This document shows, piece after piece, positions 11,177 through 22,591 of a stretch of DNA of 64,000 bases. Within the stretch, counting starts at the first letter, position 1. Every line of letters begins with the position of its first letter. A model generated the notes under the pieces. That model ran no database searches. It saw only the letters and a list, made by a program, of their open reading frames with translations, and was not told the DNA's origin. Both the position numbers and the translations under genes were made by a program. Source of the DNA: Methanosarcina barkeri (GTDB lineage: Archaea; Halobacteriota; Methanosarcinia; Methanosarcinales; Methanosarcinaceae); contig CALCXE010000314.1 in NCBI GenBank assembly GCA_937906725.1, positions 16,785-80,784 on the forward strand. Reading direction: 5' to 3'.

Positions 11177-12410
11177 TGTCTTACTCCGTCATATTTAGTC
11201 CTACATCCGGCAGGTAAATTGGTTTTCCAAATATTTTCCACTGATAACGTTTTTGGGAACTTATGTTCCACCTATACAAACGATTGAAAATATGGTTTGA
11301 ATATATAGTCAATAACTCTACTTTATGACAATTGATTACCATATGTTAACAGTGCAAATATATGTTAACACGCGTTAAATATAGGGTGAATTAATAGGAT
11401 GCTTGAAAAGCGCTATCACGACATCCTCTTCTTTTCAAGGGAAATATTCTAAACAAAAAACCTAGAATAATTTTATCATATGTTTTGAAAGTTTAACTGT
11501 TTTAATGTGTTTTTAGTTTTAACGTACCTTTATACTTAAGTAAATTTTTAAACTTTCAGCAATATGTGTTATCTGTTTTTCCCTACGGTTTGAAGAGTAT
11601 ACCTATTCTGAAAACATTCAAATCTTAATGTCAGCCTGCCGAATACAGGATTTCTGTTTTAAAACTCAGTTCTATAATGCAGTGACTTTTGTGTTATTTT
11701 AATTGACAGATTGGACCAGAGACTTTAAATCATGAAAACCGGGGTGCAGCTATAGACAATCTGCAGGTCTAACAAAAATTATTAAGTTCAAACCCGTTTA
11801 GTTTAGTTTGGTGTCATTCTGTCTTAAATTACTTAACTGTCGGTACTTATATTGTTTCCATATTCTATGTCAGAAAGAACCATTATAGAGAGCTCTACTC
11901 ATATTGATTGCATGTTAGATCCTACATGGCGGAAATTATCTATTTTGTTCCACTAATTTTGATTAAATCTATATTTAGATATTTTATATTAAAAAGTTTC
12001 TAATTCTTGCCCAAAAATTTCTTTTTTGGCTATAATTTTTATTTAATGTATGCCGATGCAGTTCATATCATAAAATCCAAATTATAGCAACAATAATACA
12101 CTGCCAGTAACTTCAGATTTCTGAATAATTACCAAAAAGTGATTGGCAAGAGTATTAATTTATTGAGAATATCTGCTGAAGGTTAAAGCAGCATCACTTA
12201 GAAAGAGATTGAGGTACAGGAAGCTAAGAAAACCTGATAGAAATTGTTATAATAAAGAATTAAGGTCTATTTCTGTCACAACGGAAGAAACAAAGCGGAT
12301 AACAGAAACAAACCTTATATTTTTACTACTTTCATTATGCTTTTACTACTTTTATTATGTCTCTATTACTTTTAGCGCGACTTTTTACTGTTTTTCTATA
12401 TAATGTTCAC

Positions 12411-14663
12411 TCATTTTTTCACTATAATATATCCAGAAACGGTTTTAGTGTTACTACCTGCAGCATTCGTTACTGTTAACTTAACAGTATATGTTCCTGC
12501 CTTTGAATACTTATGCGTTATATTCTGCTTGGTTGAAGTTGTTCCATCTCCAAAATTCCATTGCCACTTTGTTGGTGTTCCTGTGCTTTTGTCAGTAAAC
12601 TTAACGTTTAATGGAGCTTTTCCTGATGTTGGATACGCAGAGAAGGCAGCAACCGGTTTTTCTGTCACTTTTATATAGCCGGTTTTTGTTACGGTATTAC
12701 TGCCTTTGGCATTGACTACCGTAAGTGCCACAGTATAATTTCCTGCTTTTGAATACTTATGAATCGGATTCTGCTGGACTGAAGTAGTTCCATCCCCAAA
12801 AGTCCATTTCCACTTCGTCGGTGTTCCTGTGCTTGTGTCAGTAAAGGCGACATTTACTGGTGCTTTTCCTGAAATCGGTGTTGCAGAAAAAGCAGCAACT
12901 GGCTTTATTGGGGCTGCTGCTACATTTATATAAGTACTTATTGTTTTAGTGTTACTACCTTTATTATTCTTTACTGTTAAGCTTACAGTATATTTCCCTG
13001 CTTTACTGTATGTGTGTACAGGGCTCTTAGTTGTTGAGGAAGTCCCATCTCCAAAGTTCCATGTCCAACTGGTAGGTGAACCAGTACTTTTGTCAGTAAA
13101 AGTGACACTTAATGGCGTATTTCCAGAAGTAGGTTTCGCAGAAAAGTCTGCTACAGGAGATGCACTTCCTGTTGAGGTGAAGGCCTTGATGCATACATTC
13201 GTATTTGAGTAATATTTTGTTATATCAGTCCAGTCATTTCCGTCATAACTGACGAAACTCTCTCCTGCATTTGCTGTTGCTTTACTACTGTAGTTTGGGT
13301 ACGGGTATTCTATGGCAATCGGGTAGCCATATCCTGTGGTCGTAAGCTTCAGGACAACTGAGAACTTTTGACCGGCTTTGAGCTGTACTCCGGAGTTCAG
13401 AGGTATCGTATGATAGCCTGCATAGGAACTTTTTCCACTCTGGGAAATAACTGGACCGGCTTGACTTATTGGACTGGAAGACACGTTAGTATATATATGG
13501 ATTTCATAGTTGCAGTTTGAATCTGTAGTATAGAAACTTACAGCTTTAAGAGTCTCACTTGATTTTGCAGTAAAGATGTTTGCAGACCAGCCACTGGGTC
13601 CGCCATATCCCATAGTAGTAGTCCATCCGAATGGATCATATTGATATATATTTTTATAATTATCAGTGTTTTCAGCTGTGAAGATAGTATTATCGGCGCC
13701 TATATTTGAGTCATAATAGGAAACATAGAAATATCCGTTCTCACCAAAATCTTTACTCCAACTATTTTTCACAATAAAAGCTCCATTGCCGGGCGGGATC
13801 TTAGTGAAATTATTTTTGCTGTACGAATCATCCCAGCCTACAATGTCCACTCCATGGTCAGAGGACGAAGATCCATTATAGTAAAAACTATGTTTACTAG
13901 TAGAATAATAATTGTAAAGATTGTTACCACCGGAGTATAAGCCTGTAGAGACTGCTCCATATTTTATAATTGCAGATTTTATTTCATTGTTGTCCAGAGA
14001 TCCTTGCCTACCTGGAAGGAATAAAACATTTTGTACATGTTTATATACAGGAAGTTTAAGTTCATTTGCTGAGTATGCTGACGAATCACTATAAGGGTCA
14101 TCGCTTTCCTTCACTGGTCCACTCCAACGGGCTAGGTAGGCAGTTGACATACCTGACGTCCCTCCCTCTCGAAAATCAAAACCTTCTGGCGCAGAATTGG
14201 AAAGCACATTTTTAAGATTATTTTCTGAAAAATCCCAATTTTCTCCAGGCAGTAAATATGATTCCAAAGACCCATAGGTTGCAAATGCCCAACAAGATCC
14301 TGCATTACCCTGATCTTTCACAGGAGTTACTTTGTTCAGGCTCCGCAGGTCATATTTTGATTGATAAGATGCTATTCTGCTAGAAACACTGCCCAGATGA
14401 CTAAGATCCACAATTGAGGGGATTAAACCAGCTTTATGTCCCTCAAAAGATAGCTGATTGGAAATTTTTTCTTGCTGATACTTTACAAAATCGGGGTTTA
14501 TTGGTGCAAGTCCAACCTTTAAGGCCTTATTATTGTCTGAAGAGTTCGTATCAGCTATCGCTATCGAGGAGCCTATAACCAGAAGTAGAATCAGAAGTCC
14601 GCTGAGGATTGCTGCTCTTTTTCTTACGTTTAAACTGTTTTTTGTTTTTAAATTTTTTTTCAT
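12411..14663 (-). CDS. Secreted papain-family (C1A) cysteine protease with lectin-like domain and 3 PKD domains
   Basis: Catalytic motifs QGNAGSCWAF, DHGVDIVGWDD and FIVKNSW; C-terminal PKD repeats. Confidence 0.92.
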   Translation of the reverse strand: MKKNLKTKNSLNVRKRAAILSGLLILLLVIGSSIAIADTNSSDNNKALKVGLAPINPDFVKYQQEKISNQLSFEGHKAGLIPSIVDLSHLGSVSSRIASYQSKYDLRSLNKVTPVKDQGNAGSCWAFATYGSLESYLLPGENWDFSENNLKNVLSNSAPEGFDFREGGTSGMSTAYLARWSGPVKESDDPYSDSSAYSANELKLPVYKHVQNVLFLPGRQGSLDNNEIKSAIIKYGAVSTGLYSGGNNLYNYYSTSKHSFYYNGSSSSDHGVDIVGWDDSYSKNNFTKIPPGNGAFIVKNSWSKDFGENGYFYVSYYDSNIGADNTIFTAENTDNYKNIYQYDPFGWTTTMGYGGPSGWSANIFTAKSSETLKAVSFYTTDSNCNYEIHIYTNVSSSPISQAGPVISQSGKSSYAGYHTIPLNSGVQLKAGQKFSVVLKLTTTGYGYPIAIEYPYPNYSSKATANAGESFVSYDGNDWTDITKYYSNTNVCIKAFTSTGSASPVADFSAKPTSGNTPLSVTFTDKSTGSPTSWTWNFGDGTSSTTKSPVHTYSKAGKYTVSLTVKNNKGSNTKTISTYINVAAAPIKPVAAFSATPISGKAPVNVAFTDTSTGTPTKWKWTFGDGTTSVQQNPIHKYSKAGNYTVALTVVNAKGSNTVTKTGYIKVTEKPVAAFSAYPTSGKAPLNVKFTDKSTGTPTKWQWNFGDGTTSTKQNITHKYSKAGTYTVKLTVTNAAGSNTKTVSGYIIVKK

Positions 14664-15371
14664 GATAATACCTTTTTAATTTTATTAATAATATATTGTA
14701 GTATTATTAAGGGAGTTACATGCAATTCACTGCGCATATATCAGCCGCTAAAACAATAATTAAAGAGTCTTAATCCAAAATTTTCCATGAACCTCTAATT
14801 ATTACACAAAGTTAATCTAATAAAATAAAATATTTCTCTTTATATATCCTTTATGATTTATTTCCAATTTTATAATAATATGATGTACAATCCTACTTTT
14901 TATCTTGTACACTGTTACATATGCTAACCTTTACTTAATAGTTTTATAAGCCAAATTTTTATAGAAATGTTAAATCTTAGTGCTTAACTGTTATCCAAAA
15001 AAATTAATTGAGTATTATAAATTGGGCGTTTCAGGAATATGAAAACCAATCTCAAAAAGACCATGTTTATTGAGTCTATCCTAAAATCCTTTTTGCTTTC
15101 AACTACCAAGGCTTTTGATCTTATTTTTTAGTACTGTGAATTTTTTGATTTTTCAAAAAGAGTTTAAATAATAAATTTTGAATTCTGGAGTGTATCTTTA
15201 TAATATTAAAAAAGTTATAAGTAAATGATCAAAATGTAATAACATTATCTAAATTTGTGAAATGCAGATTTAGATAATCGAACAAGAAGGCAAATTCTCA
15301 ACTCTGATCAAACAAAACAAAGATAATTTTTTGTCAGATTTAACAAATGATTTCCCCACTACCCTTTAGTC

Positions 15372-15712
15372 TTGTGATCTTTTTCTTTTATCAGTTTAAG
15401 GGTCTACTGCTTTCAGCGTATAATCACTTGTTCTTGTATTTGTTGTCACTTTTACGTAATTTGTTTTTTACGTAACTTGTTTTTTACGTAACTTGTTTTT
15501 TATGTATTGTGATCTTTTTCTTTTATCAGTTTAAGGGTCTACTGCTTTCAGCGTATAATCACTTGTTCTTGTATTTGTTGTCACTTTTACGTAATTTGTT
15601 TTTTACGTAACTTGTTTTTTACGTAACTTGTTTTTTATGTAACTTGTTTTTTACGTAACTTGTTTTTTATGTAACTTGTTTTTTATGTAATTTGTTTTTT
15701 ATGTAATTTGTT
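15372..15712. repeat. 135-bp tandem duplication plus 16-nt tandem repeats (TTTTTTACGTAACTTG)
   Basis: Block starting at 15372 recurs at 15507. The 16-nt unit occurs about 4 times in the first copy and about 8 times in the second. Confidence 0.9.
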
Positions 15713-15893
15713 TTTGCTGTGGTATTATTATAGCAGCGTTGCTTACTGTAATGTCACCGTATAATTCATACCTTTGAACACTCACTTGTCTAATTTGAAC
15801 TGTTGAGTTTGTTTTATCTCCAAAATTTACATTTCCGTGAAGTTGTGTTCCTGTACTCTTGTCAGTAAAAGCGACATTTATTGTTGTTTTCAT
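15530..15893 (-). pseudogene. Frameshifted terminal PKD domain and KVTTNTR tail of the upstream YVTN gene
   Basis: Broken PKD fragments (NVAFTDKSTG, NFGD, TVSNAA) followed by KVTTNTR-like codons. Confidence 0.75.
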
Positions 15894-17923
15894 GAGGTAG
15901 ATTTCGTAGAGATTGCAGCAGTCGGTCTTTCTATTATTTTTATATAGTCTGTTTTTATTGCCGTGTTACTGCCTGCAGCATTGGTTACTGTTAAGTTTAC
16001 AGTATATGTTCCTGCCTTTGAATACTTATGAATGGGATTCTGCTGGGTTGAGGTAACTCCGTCTCCAAAACTCCATTTCCATTTGGTCGGTGTCCCTGTG
16101 CTTGTATCAGTAAAGGTAACCGTCAATGGTGCCTTTCCTGATGTAACACTACTAGTGAAGTCTGCAACAGGTTTTGTTACAACTTTTATATAGTTTGTTT
16201 TTGTTACAGTGTTACTACCTACAATATTCGTTACTGTTAAGTTTACAGTGTATGTTCCTGCCTTTGAATACTTATGAATGGGATTCTGCTGGGTTGAAGT
16301 AGTTCCGTCTCCGAAACTCCATTTCCATTTAGTTGGTGTCCCTGTGCTTGTATCAGTAAAGGTAACCGTCAATGGTGCCTTTCCTGATGTAACACTGCTG
16401 GTGAAGTTTGTAACCAGTTTTTCTGTCACACTTATATAATCTGTTTTTGTTACCGTGTTACTACCTGCAGCGTTCTTTACTGTTAAGTTTACAGTATATG
16501 TTCCTGCCTTTGAATACTTGTGAGTCGGATTCTGCTGGGTTGAAGTAATTCCGTCTCCAAAGTTCCATTTCCAGGAAGTTGGTGTTCCTGTGCTTGTGTC
16601 AGTAAAAGTAACCGTTAACGGCACTTTTCCTGATATAACACTGCCTGTGAAGTTTGCAACAGGTTTTGCTGTCACTTTTATATAGTCTGTTTTTGTTGCT
16701 GTGTTGCTGCCTTCAGCGTTCTTTACTGTTAAGTTTACAGTATATGTTCCTGCCTTTGAATACTTATGAGTCGGACTCTGCTTGGTTGAAGTTGTTCCGT
16801 CTCCAAAATCCCATTTCCATTCTGTCGCATTTTTCGAAATATCAATAAATTGAACTGAAAGAGGAGCATAACCAGCAGTGACATTGCTGCTGAAATTTGC
16901 AACCGGGAGTACTGGTTCTGGTACTGGGACAGAACCTATAAACTGTCCGAAAGCAACTGGATAGTATCCTATATTTATTGTGGCTGTAACATTATTAGTT
17001 GTTGTGTTAATTACAGAGATGGTGCCACTGTAATAGTTCGCCACATATACTTTTGTTCCAACTGGGTTAACTGCAATTCCTTCCGGACCACTTCCTACAG
17101 GCACAGTGGCTGTAACCGTATTTGTTGCCGTATCAATTACAGAAACAGTGTCATTGTCAGAGTTTGTCACATATACCTTTGTCCCGTCGGGGTTAACTGC
17201 AATTCCCCAAGCCAAGCTTCCTACAGGCACAGTAGCTGTAACTTTGTTTGTTGTAGTGTCAATTACCGAGACAGTATAATTATTAGTTACATACGCCTTT
17301 GTTCCTGTCGGGTTTACTGCAACTCCGGAAGGATATTCTTCTACAGAAATAGTGGCTGTAACCTTATTTGTTGCTGTGTCAATTACGGAGACAGTATTAC
17401 TATTATAGTTCACCGCATACGCCTTTGTTCCATCCGGGTTAACAGCAACTCCCCAGGGATAGCTTCCTACAGGCACCGTGGCTGTAACCTTATTTGTGGC
17501 TGTGTCGATAACAGAGACAGTATCACTGTTAGCGTTCGTTACATATACCTTTGTTCCAGTCGGGTTTACTGCAACTCCATCAGGGTTGCTTCCTACAAGT
17601 ACAGTTGCTGTAACCGTATTTGTAGCTGTATCAATTACCGAGATAGTGTTATCACCATTGTTCGTTACATATACCTTTCCAGTCGGGCTTACTGCAACTC
17701 CATCAGGACTGCTTCCTACAGGTATAGTAGTTATAATAGTATCCATAGCTGTGTTAACCACCGAGACGGTGTTGTTCCAATTGTTCGTAATATATGCATA
17801 TGACTCCGCTGGCGAAGCACTTTGTTCAGTAACTGCCGATGCTGCAGAAGAAACAAAAATTAAATATAAAATTACAGTTACTGATGCAAAGGCTATTGAA
17901 TGTAATTCTTTGTTGATTTTCAT
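15890..17923 (-). CDS. Surface protein: YVTN beta-propeller plus 4 PKD domains (3' end truncated by a frameshift)
   Basis: Signal peptide, YVTN blades and PKD repeats; ends just as a fifth PKD domain begins. Confidence 0.88.
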   Translation of the reverse strand: MKINKELHSIAFASVTVILYLIFVSSAASAVTEQSASPAESYAYITNNWNNTVSVVNTAMDTIITTIPVGSSPDGVAVSPTGKVYVTNNGDNTISVIDTATNTVTATVLVGSNPDGVAVNPTGTKVYVTNANSDTVSVIDTATNKVTATVPVGSYPWGVAVNPDGTKAYAVNYNSNTVSVIDTATNKVTATISVEEYPSGVAVNPTGTKAYVTNNYTVSVIDTTTNKVTATVPVGSLAWGIAVNPDGTKVYVTNSDNDTVSVIDTATNTVTATVPVGSGPEGIAVNPVGTKVYVANYYSGTISVINTTTNNVTATINIGYYPVAFGQFIGSVPVPEPVLPVANFSSNVTAGYAPLSVQFIDISKNATEWKWDFGDGTTSTKQSPTHKYSKAGTYTVNLTVKNAEGSNTATKTDYIKVTAKPVANFTGSVISGKVPLTVTFTDTSTGTPTSWKWNFGDGITSTQQNPTHKYSKAGTYTVNLTVKNAAGSNTVTKTDYISVTEKLVTNFTSSVTSGKAPLTVTFTDTSTGTPTKWKWSFGDGTTSTQQNPIHKYSKAGTYTVNLTVTNIVGSNTVTKTNYIKVVTKPVADFTSSVTSGKAPLTVTFTDTSTGTPTKWKWSFGDGVTSTQQNPIHKYSKAGTYTVNLTVTNAAGSNTAIKTDYIKIIERPTAAISTKSTS

Positions 17924-18309
17924 TATCCTACCTTTATTTAATTTATTTTTTTATAACAGAATAGTTATATTCTGGAACAATGTCAATTTTTAGCTTTCTC
18001 TTCGAATCTTAAATTTACAAAATTCTTTAATTTGCGAAATTTTACTCAGGAAAAAGATTCCAGTATAAATGAGTCTTGTATGGATTTCTTGACTCTTCAA
18101 TGAAAAAACACAAAAAGAAGACATTAAGAATTTCAAATCAGCTTAAAAAAATTAAGAACTTTTACACTGATACTAAGGCGTTGAAAAATTGTAAATCTAC
18201 AAATAGCTTATAAATTCAGTCAAACAAGGTAAAAGGGCGGTTTTATTCCTCTTGAGCAATAAACCCAATTACCTTTTAGCCTTGATCTTTTTCTTTTTTC
18301 AATTCAGTT

Positions 18310-19935
18310 TTATTTATTTTGGGAGTATATTCCCGGTCTTGTATTTGTTGCCACTTTTATGAAATTTGTCTTCATTACAGTACTGCTGCCTGCCAAATTG
18401 CTTACTGTAAGTGTGACTTTATAGTTTCCTTCCTGTAAATATCGGTGTTTCGGATTCTTTTCTGTCGAAATTTTTCCGTCTCCAAAACTCCATTTCCACT
18501 TAGTTGCTATTCCTGTACTTTTATCATTAAAATCGACAGTTAATGGGGATTTTCCTGAGGTAGGTTTTGCAGAGAAGTTTGCAACCGGTTTTGTTACCAC
18601 TTTTATATAATCTGTTTTTGTTGCTGTGTTACTACCTTTAGCATTTGTTGCTGTAAGTTTAACAGTATAACTTCCTACTTTGGAATACTTATGAGTTGGG
18701 TTCTGTTTGGTTGAAGTTGTTCCGTCTCCAAATTCCCACTTCCATTTAGTTGGAGATCTTGTGCTTTTGTCAGTAAAGGCAACAGTTAACGGAGCTTTTC
18801 CTTCGGTTGATTTTGCAGAGAAACTTGCGAAAGGAGCCAGTGAGAGAGGACCTATAAACTGCCCGAAAGCAACAGGCCCATTTCCTACAGGAATAGTGAC
18901 TGTAACAGTATTTGTAGCTGCATCAATTACAGAGACAGTGTTGCTGTTAGAATTTGCCACGTATACTTTTGTTCCATCCGGTTTGACTGCAACCCCCAAA
19001 GGATAGTTTCCTACAGTCACTGTAGCTGTAACCTTGTTTGTAGCTGTGTCTATTACGGAGATAGTGTTACTTTCTTCGTTCGCTACGTACACCTTTGTTC
19101 CGTCCGGTTTGACTGCAATTCCAATTGGAGAACTTCCTACAGGCACTGTTGCTGTAACCTTGTTTGTTGCTGTGTCAATTACAGAGACAGTGTAACTGCC
19201 GGTATTTGATACGTATGCCTTTGTTCCATTCGGGCTAACTGCAACTCCCCAAGGATAACTTCCTACGTTCACAGTGGCTGTAACAGTATTTGTAGCTGTG
19301 TCAATTACAGAAATAGTGTCACTGTACATATTCGTCACATATACCTTTGTTCCGTCCGGACTAACTGCAATTCCATTAGGACCGCTTCCTACGTCCATAG
19401 TGGCTGTAACAGTATTTGTAGCTGCGTCGATTACAGAAACAGTGTTGCTACCCCGGTTCGCTACATATACCTTTGTTCCGTCCGGACTAACTGCAACTCC
19501 GGCAGGGAGGCTTCCTACAGGCACAGTAGCTTTAAGGGTTTTTGTTGCTGTGTCAATTACAGAGATGGCTCCTTCATCGGTTGCCATATGTTCTGTTATT
19601 CTCTCTAAGAATGCTAACTCTGTATCAGTTGATTCTGAAAGGATAGTTTCATCGTTCCACAGGTAAAAATTCGCCACATATACCTTTGTCCCATCCGGGT
19701 TAACTGCAACTGCAGCAGGTTCGTTTCCTGAAGGCACGGTAGCTGTGACAGTGTTTGTTGTTGTGTCAATTATGGAGAGAGTACTGTCCAACTCGTTTGT
19801 AATATATGCATATTTCCCAAGAGACGAAGTACTTTGCTCAGTAGCTGCTGATGCCGCAGATGAAACGAAAATTAAAAATAAAATCAGAGCTATTGATGTA
19901 AAAGCTACTGAATTCAATTTTTTGTTAGTTTTCAT
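18310..19935 (-). CDS. Surface protein: YVTN beta-propeller plus 2 PKD domains and TNTRPGIYS tail
   Basis: Signal peptide, YVAN/YVTN blades, PKD repeats. Confidence 0.92.
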   Translation of the reverse strand: MKTNKKLNSVAFTSIALILFLIFVSSAASAATEQSTSSLGKYAYITNELDSTLSIIDTTTNTVTATVPSGNEPAAVAVNPDGTKVYVANFYLWNDETILSESTDTELAFLERITEHMATDEGAISVIDTATKTLKATVPVGSLPAGVAVSPDGTKVYVANRGSNTVSVIDAATNTVTATMDVGSGPNGIAVSPDGTKVYVTNMYSDTISVIDTATNTVTATVNVGSYPWGVAVSPNGTKAYVSNTGSYTVSVIDTATNKVTATVPVGSSPIGIAVKPDGTKVYVANEESNTISVIDTATNKVTATVTVGNYPLGVAVKPDGTKVYVANSNSNTVSVIDAATNTVTVTIPVGNGPVAFGQFIGPLSLAPFASFSAKSTEGKAPLTVAFTDKSTRSPTKWKWEFGDGTTSTKQNPTHKYSKVGSYTVKLTATNAKGSNTATKTDYIKVVTKPVANFSAKPTSGKSPLTVDFNDKSTGIATKWKWSFGDGKISTEKNPKHRYLQEGNYKVTLTVSNLAGSSTVMKTNFIKVATNTRPGIYSQNK

Positions 19936-20479
19936 TTATCCTACTCCTCTATCTTTCGTTATTGTGATGTTTTCAATATACGGTAAGATCTTCAAAAATC
20001 CTCATCAACTTTTTCAAATAGTCGGCTGCGAAATTTTCCCTACAAGAAAGTAAAAAATTTGCAAAATTCTCCAAAAATAGTGATATCTTGTCCTTATATA
20101 AAGCACTTTTCAAGTTTATTATATTTTTATTCTCAATTATTTAATATGTAAAACCAGGTTAATATTTAATCAATGTTTTATTATTAAAGTAATTCAAGTT
20201 TTAGCGTCATTATCTTTCTCAGCTAAATTGTAGATACTAACTGAGAACACTTCAATTGTAAGTACTAATTAAAAGTTTAAAATCGATTTAAAGGTCGAAT
20301 TGTTTAAAGCGTTATAAATCACTTAAAATCAAAAAAAGAAGGTTAAGTCTCAGATCTGGCAAAAAACGTTTAAATTTCATATCTGGCAAAAAAGGGAAAC
20401 GTAATCCTTTTGTCAGATTTAATAAGTAATCCCCCACTCCTCTAGTATCAATCTTTTTCATCATTTTTAATTTAAGGAT

Positions 20480-22126
20480 TTACTTACTTTCGGAGTATAT
20501 TCCCGGTCTTGTATTTGTTGTCACTTTTATGAAATTTGTCTTCGTTACAGTATTGCTGCCTGCTGCATTGCTTACTGTAAGTGTAATTTTATAATTTCCT
20601 TCCTGTATATATTGATGTTTTGGATTCTTTTCTCTTGAAACTGTCCCGTCTCCAAAACTCCATTTCCATTTATCTGGTATTCCTGTACTTATATCTGTAA
20701 AGGCAACAGTTAATGGAGCTTTTCCTGACATTGGAGACGCAGAAAACGAAGCAATGGGTTTTGTTATCACTGTTATATACCCTGTTTCCGTTACTGTGTC
20801 ACTGCCTCCCAAATTTGTCGCTTTAAGGGTCACAGTATAGTTTCCTGCTTTTGAATATTTATAAATTGGATTCTTTGCTGTTGATGAAGTTCCATCTCCA
20901 AAACTCCATTCCAATTTAGTTGGTGTTCCTGTGCTTTTGTCAGTAAATGTCACTTTCAATGGTACTTTCCCATAAGTAGGAGATGCGGAAAATGCAGCAA
21001 CAGGTTTTGGTAGAGATATTACTGAAGGACCTATAAACTGCCCAAAAGCGCGAGGACGATATCCGGTACCCACTTCGTATGTAACCTTATCTGTTGTTGT
21101 ATCAATTACATAAACCTGGAATCCCATAAGCATCTCACCATAGGTTGGCACATAGACCTTTTTTCCATCTGGTGTGACTGCAACTCCTTCAGGATAGCAA
21201 TAAACCTTTACAGTGGCTGTTACTTTATTTGTTGCTGTGTCAATTACAGAGACAGTATCGTAAAAGTTCGCCACATATACCTTTTTTCCATCCGGTGTGA
21301 CTGCAACTCCATAAGGCCCGCTTTCTACAGGTATAGTGGCTGTAACAGTATTAGTAGCCGTGTCAATTACAGATACAGTATCGCTACCACCGTTCGCCAC
21401 ATATACCTTTGTTCCGTCCGAGTTGATTGCAACTCCTTCAGGATAACTTCCTACAGGCACCATAGCTGTAACTTTGTTTGTAGCTGTATCAATTACAGAG
21501 ACATTATTATTGGATGGGGTTGTTACGTACACTTTTTTTCCATTCGGGTTAACTATAACTCCCCTGGCACCGCTTCCTAAAGGAATAATGGCTGTAACAG
21601 TATTTGTTTCTGTGTCAATTACGGAGACAATTCCTTTACTGGCCATCACACGTTCTTTTGTTCCCTTTATTAATGCCAATTTTGCACCAGTTGACTCTGA
21701 ATGAAAGTTTTCAGAGTTCATCCAATTATCGCTTGTCACATATGTTTTTGTTCCCTCTGGATTGACTGCAACTCCATTAGCACCGTGTTGTACAGGTATA
21801 GTGGCCGTAACAGTATTTGTATTTGTATCAACTACAGAGACGTTATCACTAGACTTTATTACGTACACCTTTGTTCCTGCTGGATTGACTGCAATTCCAG
21901 GGCCGTAAAAATATCCAGGTACCTTGGCTATAACCTTGTTTATAGCCGTGTCAATTACAGAAATTCTTCCTTCGCCAGGATTATCACTAAAATGACCATC
22001 AACAACATACGCAAACGGCACTGCACCTGCGATACTCACTAATACGAAAAGCACAAGCACCCCAACCCCTAGAATTTTTAGGAAAACATGCTTTCTGTGT
22101 TTTTTATCACACTCAATTTCTTTCAT
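20480..22126 (-). CDS. Surface protein: divergent YVTN beta-propeller plus 2 PKD domains and TNTRPGIYS tail
   Basis: Hydrophobic N-terminus, propeller blades, PKD repeats. Confidence 0.9.
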   Translation of the reverse strand: MKEIECDKKHRKHVFLKILGVGVLVLFVLVSIAGAVPFAYVVDGHFSDNPGEGRISVIDTAINKVIAKVPGYFYGPGIAVNPAGTKVYVIKSSDNVSVVDTNTNTVTATIPVQHGANGVAVNPEGTKTYVTSDNWMNSENFHSESTGAKLALIKGTKERVMASKGIVSVIDTETNTVTAIIPLGSGARGVIVNPNGKKVYVTTPSNNNVSVIDTATNKVTAMVPVGSYPEGVAINSDGTKVYVANGGSDTVSVIDTATNTVTATIPVESGPYGVAVTPDGKKVYVANFYDTVSVIDTATNKVTATVKVYCYPEGVAVTPDGKKVYVPTYGEMLMGFQVYVIDTTTDKVTYEVGTGYRPRAFGQFIGPSVISLPKPVAAFSASPTYGKVPLKVTFTDKSTGTPTKLEWSFGDGTSSTAKNPIYKYSKAGNYTVTLKATNLGGSDTVTETGYITVITKPIASFSASPMSGKAPLTVAFTDISTGIPDKWKWSFGDGTVSREKNPKHQYIQEGNYKITLTVSNAAGSNTVTKTNFIKVTTNTRPGIYSESK

Positions 22127-22591
22127 TTCAAGCCTCTTGTATTAATTAGTCAATTAGTTTCAATTGTGCTCGTCATTTTTGCTATCTTTCTTTATCCTAT
22201 CACGATAGTTTCTATTATTTTTCTTAGAAAGATGTTAATTATCCGAATTTGTTTACAGTATTAATCTTTTTCTTTTTGATCCGGGCTTTGTAAAAAAATC
22301 TCTAATTTGAGAGAATTTGTTTTTACAAAAAGTATGATTGAAGTAGATTAACATAGAAGAACTACCAGGGTATTTCTAAATAGAAACGTGAAATGAAAAC
22401 ATTGAAAATTTCAAGTGAGATTAAAAAGAGTTAGCACTTGTTAATGATTGTCAATTACTGAAAACCATAAGTAGAAGTACTGTTTCTTAAGTATGATCTA
22501 ATAAGGTAAAGGTTAATTGTTTTGTTAGATTTAGTAAATAATCCCTCACTCCCTTAAACCTTGAGTTTCTACCTTTTTCTAATTTAAGGAT

